A stretch of DNA of 36,451 nucleotides, from the NCBI GenBank assembly GCA_032718475.1, contig JAUCBJ010000695.1:1-36451 (forward strand). The letters run 5' to 3'. Source of the DNA: Nemertoderma westbladi. Taxonomy: Eukaryota > Animalia > Xenacoelomorpha. Position 1 is the stretch's first letter; each line of letters begins with the position of its first letter. Below are positions 33,873 to 36,451 of this stretch, in pieces. A program made the translations under genes and the position numbers. Under the pieces are notes generated by a model that saw nothing but the letters and a program-made list of their open reading frames with translations, had not been told where the DNA came from and ran no database searches.

Positions 33873-34787
33873 TTGGGTGATTTTGCTTCATCATCTAATT
33901 ACAGGGCAATTGCCATATCCTCTCTAGTGCTGAAGATTTTTGAATGGGTTTTACTGTTGTCTCAAGGTAGTGTTCTAGAACTAGACGAACTCCAATTCGG
34001 ATTTCAGCCGAACTCGAGTACCATTATGTGCAGTTGGGCGGCGAAGGAGTGTATTTCTTTTCACTCCCGTTTTTCAACTCCTGTATTTGGTTGTTTACTA
34101 GATTTGACCAAAGCCTTTGACCTTTTAGAATGGCGGTCCTTGTTTATAGAGTTATTAAAAAATGGGTTTTCTCCATTGTTTATTCGGACTTTGATTTTTA
34201 TGTACAAGAATCAGTCACACATTGTTAAATGGGGTGCAGCGTCTTCTACCTGTATTCCGGTGTCTAATGGAGTAAGGCGAGGCTCAGTGGCTTCGCCTTT
34301 TCTTTTTTGTGTCGTTTTAAATAAGTTAATTTGTCGCTTAAGGAAGTCTAAAGTAGGGTGTCATGTTGGTTCTAGATTTATCGGTGTAGTAGTGTACGTG
34401 GATGATATCTTATTATTATGCCCGTCAATTACTCGTCTACAATATATGCTAAATATTTGTAATGATTTTGCTAAGGAATTGAATATGAAATTTAGCACGA
34501 ATGCTGATAAAAGTAAATTCAAATGTATACCATTTGGTAAATCTTGGTTTAAACCGGAAATCAGTGTTACTGTAGGAGGAGTAAGTTTACCTTGGGTCAA
34601 GGAAGCTATACATCTGGGCAATAAATTTGATTTCTCGTGTACTTTTAAATCTGATATTATGTGTAAACATGGTAAACTTATAGGTAAACTCAACTGTCTA
34701 AGACAAGAATTTAGCTTTTTTCATCCCTCCTGTTTAATGGAGTTACAACGTATTTACGCTACCAGTTTCTATGGTAGCTCGTTATGA
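33873..34787 (+). pseudogene. Reverse transcriptase domain of the L2/Daphne-like LINE
   Basis: RT motifs 1-7 are present in a 304-aa ORF bounded by a frameshift and a stop. Confidence 0.9.
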
Positions 34788-35399
34788 GATTTGTGGGGCG
34801 TTAGCTGTTAACGTTTACTTAAGGCATGGAACACCAATGTAAGAATTGTGTGGGGATTACCCTACAATACACATTGCTATTTTGTAAAAGGTTTAGTCCA
34901 CTATCCGTACCCTATGTCAATGTTGTGCAGTCGGTTTTTGAATTTTGCATTGGTTTACTTCATAGTGCTAAGCCTACACTTCGTTTCTCAAATGTAACCC
35001 TTTTTGATTGTCGCAGTACAAGTGGCGATAATCTGAAACGTATTATTGTTCTCAATGAAATGTTTCGTATTCAAATATTACTCCTAAAGTAGCAAATGTA
35101 AGTAGGTGGTATATAAATAATGATAATATCAATAACGTCAATTTGTGTAGGGAATTAGTGGATTACAGGCAGGGTTTACTAGAATTTGATCAGAATGAAT
35201 TTATTGATATGTTACAATTAATATGTACGATGTAATGTAATATGTTAAATTGAATATTGTAAATAATTAATTAATTAATTTTCTCGTTTAATCTTTATAT
35301 ACAATAAATATTTTCTTATATATTTTTCCTTTGTGCTATACATACCTTGTTTTGGCTGTGCTACTATATACTTTGTGTATCATAGTATGTATGAAATTA

Positions 35400-36250
35400 A
35401 ATTAAATTAAACTGTCTACAAGTTTTAGTCCAATAGAAGCGAAATGATTATTGAGTGTTGTAGCGAGTAGAGAATTAATGTCTTCCAAAAATTTGCTCTG
35501 ATTAAATTTTGAATAGTCATGTTTCGGATGGTTGAAGTGGCATTGAGTATTTTTGGAAGACAGTAAATGTAGCGTAATGGTCAGACATACCAAATTTATA
35601 TTGAAACACACCAGAGGACGAGAGTGAAGTGGTGATATTGGTAATGACGTGACCAATTACTGATTTAGACCAGGGAGTAGCACGCGTTGGTTGAGCTTGC
35701 CAATAGTTCTATTGAAGAAAAGGGTCTTTTTTATCCGAATTTGTCTAGTTTTAGACTAGACAAATGGATTCGTCGTTACTAATAAAGGTTTCGCTAAAAG
35801 TTAAAATGTCAAATGTGGTATTTATTGAATGAAGAAAATCAGTAGTTGCAGAAAGATTTTCAGAAAGACTCCTGAAGTTTAAATTAAAGATAGATAGCGA
35901 AGTTTTATTATAAGTAATATTGGTAAAATCTTTATTAAATGAATCTCCAGTAAAATAACCTTTATCAATGTTCAGGTTTATAAGGTTATTATCAGGGTCT
36001 AAGTTAGTAAATGCTTGGATAAGGAGAATGCCCAGTCAGTGTTAGAGAATGGGAATGTGTTATGTAGCAATAGTAACAGTAAACAGACGAATAACGTAGT
36101 TATGCATCGTTTATTTCCCAAACACTTAAACAGGTGCCACATGGAACATGATATGAGTTGTTACAGAGCCTACTTGATAATACTGGTACGGCAAATAACT
36201 TAAATCATAGTAATGTAATTATCGGTGAACAAAATAACCTAAATTATTTA
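35400..36250 (-). pseudogene. Decayed LINE APE endonuclease fragment (CR1 group)
   Basis: QPTRATPWSKSVIGHVITN..SSGV...MSDHYATF followed by DYSKFNQSKFLEDI. A GD motif lies upstream near 35945. Confidence 0.7.
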
Positions 36251-36451
36251 AATAATAATCCGGGTACGCCAAATAATTATATAATAAATAATCCCGGCGA
36301 AATTAATCAAAATAATTTAAATAATAATGTAATAAATCAACAGGGTGAGGCCAGTGGCGGTACAATTAATATAAACGTAGGGGAAACAGGCAATTTGCCT
36401 AGTGAGGGACTACAATGCCACGCAGTTGCGCAGGAAGGAACTGTGGCACCC

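Larger units (their letters stand above)
26510..35280 (+). mobile_element. Decayed two-ORF L2/Daphne-like (CR1 group) LINE, interrupted by two DNA transposons
   Basis: ORF1 remnants at ~26560-27075 and 30902-31563 (DI..KLD..P..LP; SYKI.V..P.LW..GV.LRKW). ORF2 starts near 31563 (IVSYNSTG, CLQEH, DLN, IDH, SNH; RT NYRAIAI, LQFGF, LDLTKAFD, GVRRGSV.SP.LF, YVDD). (TAAT)n tail at 35264-35280. Confidence 0.85.

Noticed and set aside
36351-36451. hAT-like left terminus CAGTGGCGG
   Set aside because: It lies at the window edge, so no partner TIR or TSD can be checked.

Overview
This window is AT-rich eukaryotic (probably invertebrate) DNA made almost entirely of nested transposable elements. I found no host protein-coding gene and no prokaryotic features. 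From left to right it contains: (1) a lightly decayed divergent hAT-like transposase gene with a C-terminal Tudor-like domain (0.6-3.9 kb); (2) a Ty3/Gypsy gag remnant; (3) a minus-strand piggyBac broken across about 6.6-17.6 kb by a MITE, a TSD-flanked element carrying a tRNA-like sequence, a non-autonomous hATm-type element (itself holding a 37-bp tandem array and an RTE tail), GC-rich MITE-like elements and a near-intact CR1-group LINE; (4) Sola-like, MULE, Kolobok-like and RTE remnants, plus a minimal type I hammerhead ribozyme of the Penelope type; (5) a THAP12/ZMYM-like hAT followed by an L2/Daphne-like LINE, which is interrupted by a full-length hATm-type element (about 490-bp TIRs, 8-bp TSD) and a TTAA-flanked Kolobok-like MITE; (6) a minus-strand LINE endonuclease remnant. 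The most unusual object is the CR1-group LINE at 12442-17089. It has a hydrophobic leader, an in-frame TAG, a 2A StopGo motif, about 860 consecutive codons without Met, a Pro/Val/His tandem expansion between EN and RT, and an in-frame TGA before the conserved C-terminus. Family assignments come from manual motif recognition, not database searches.
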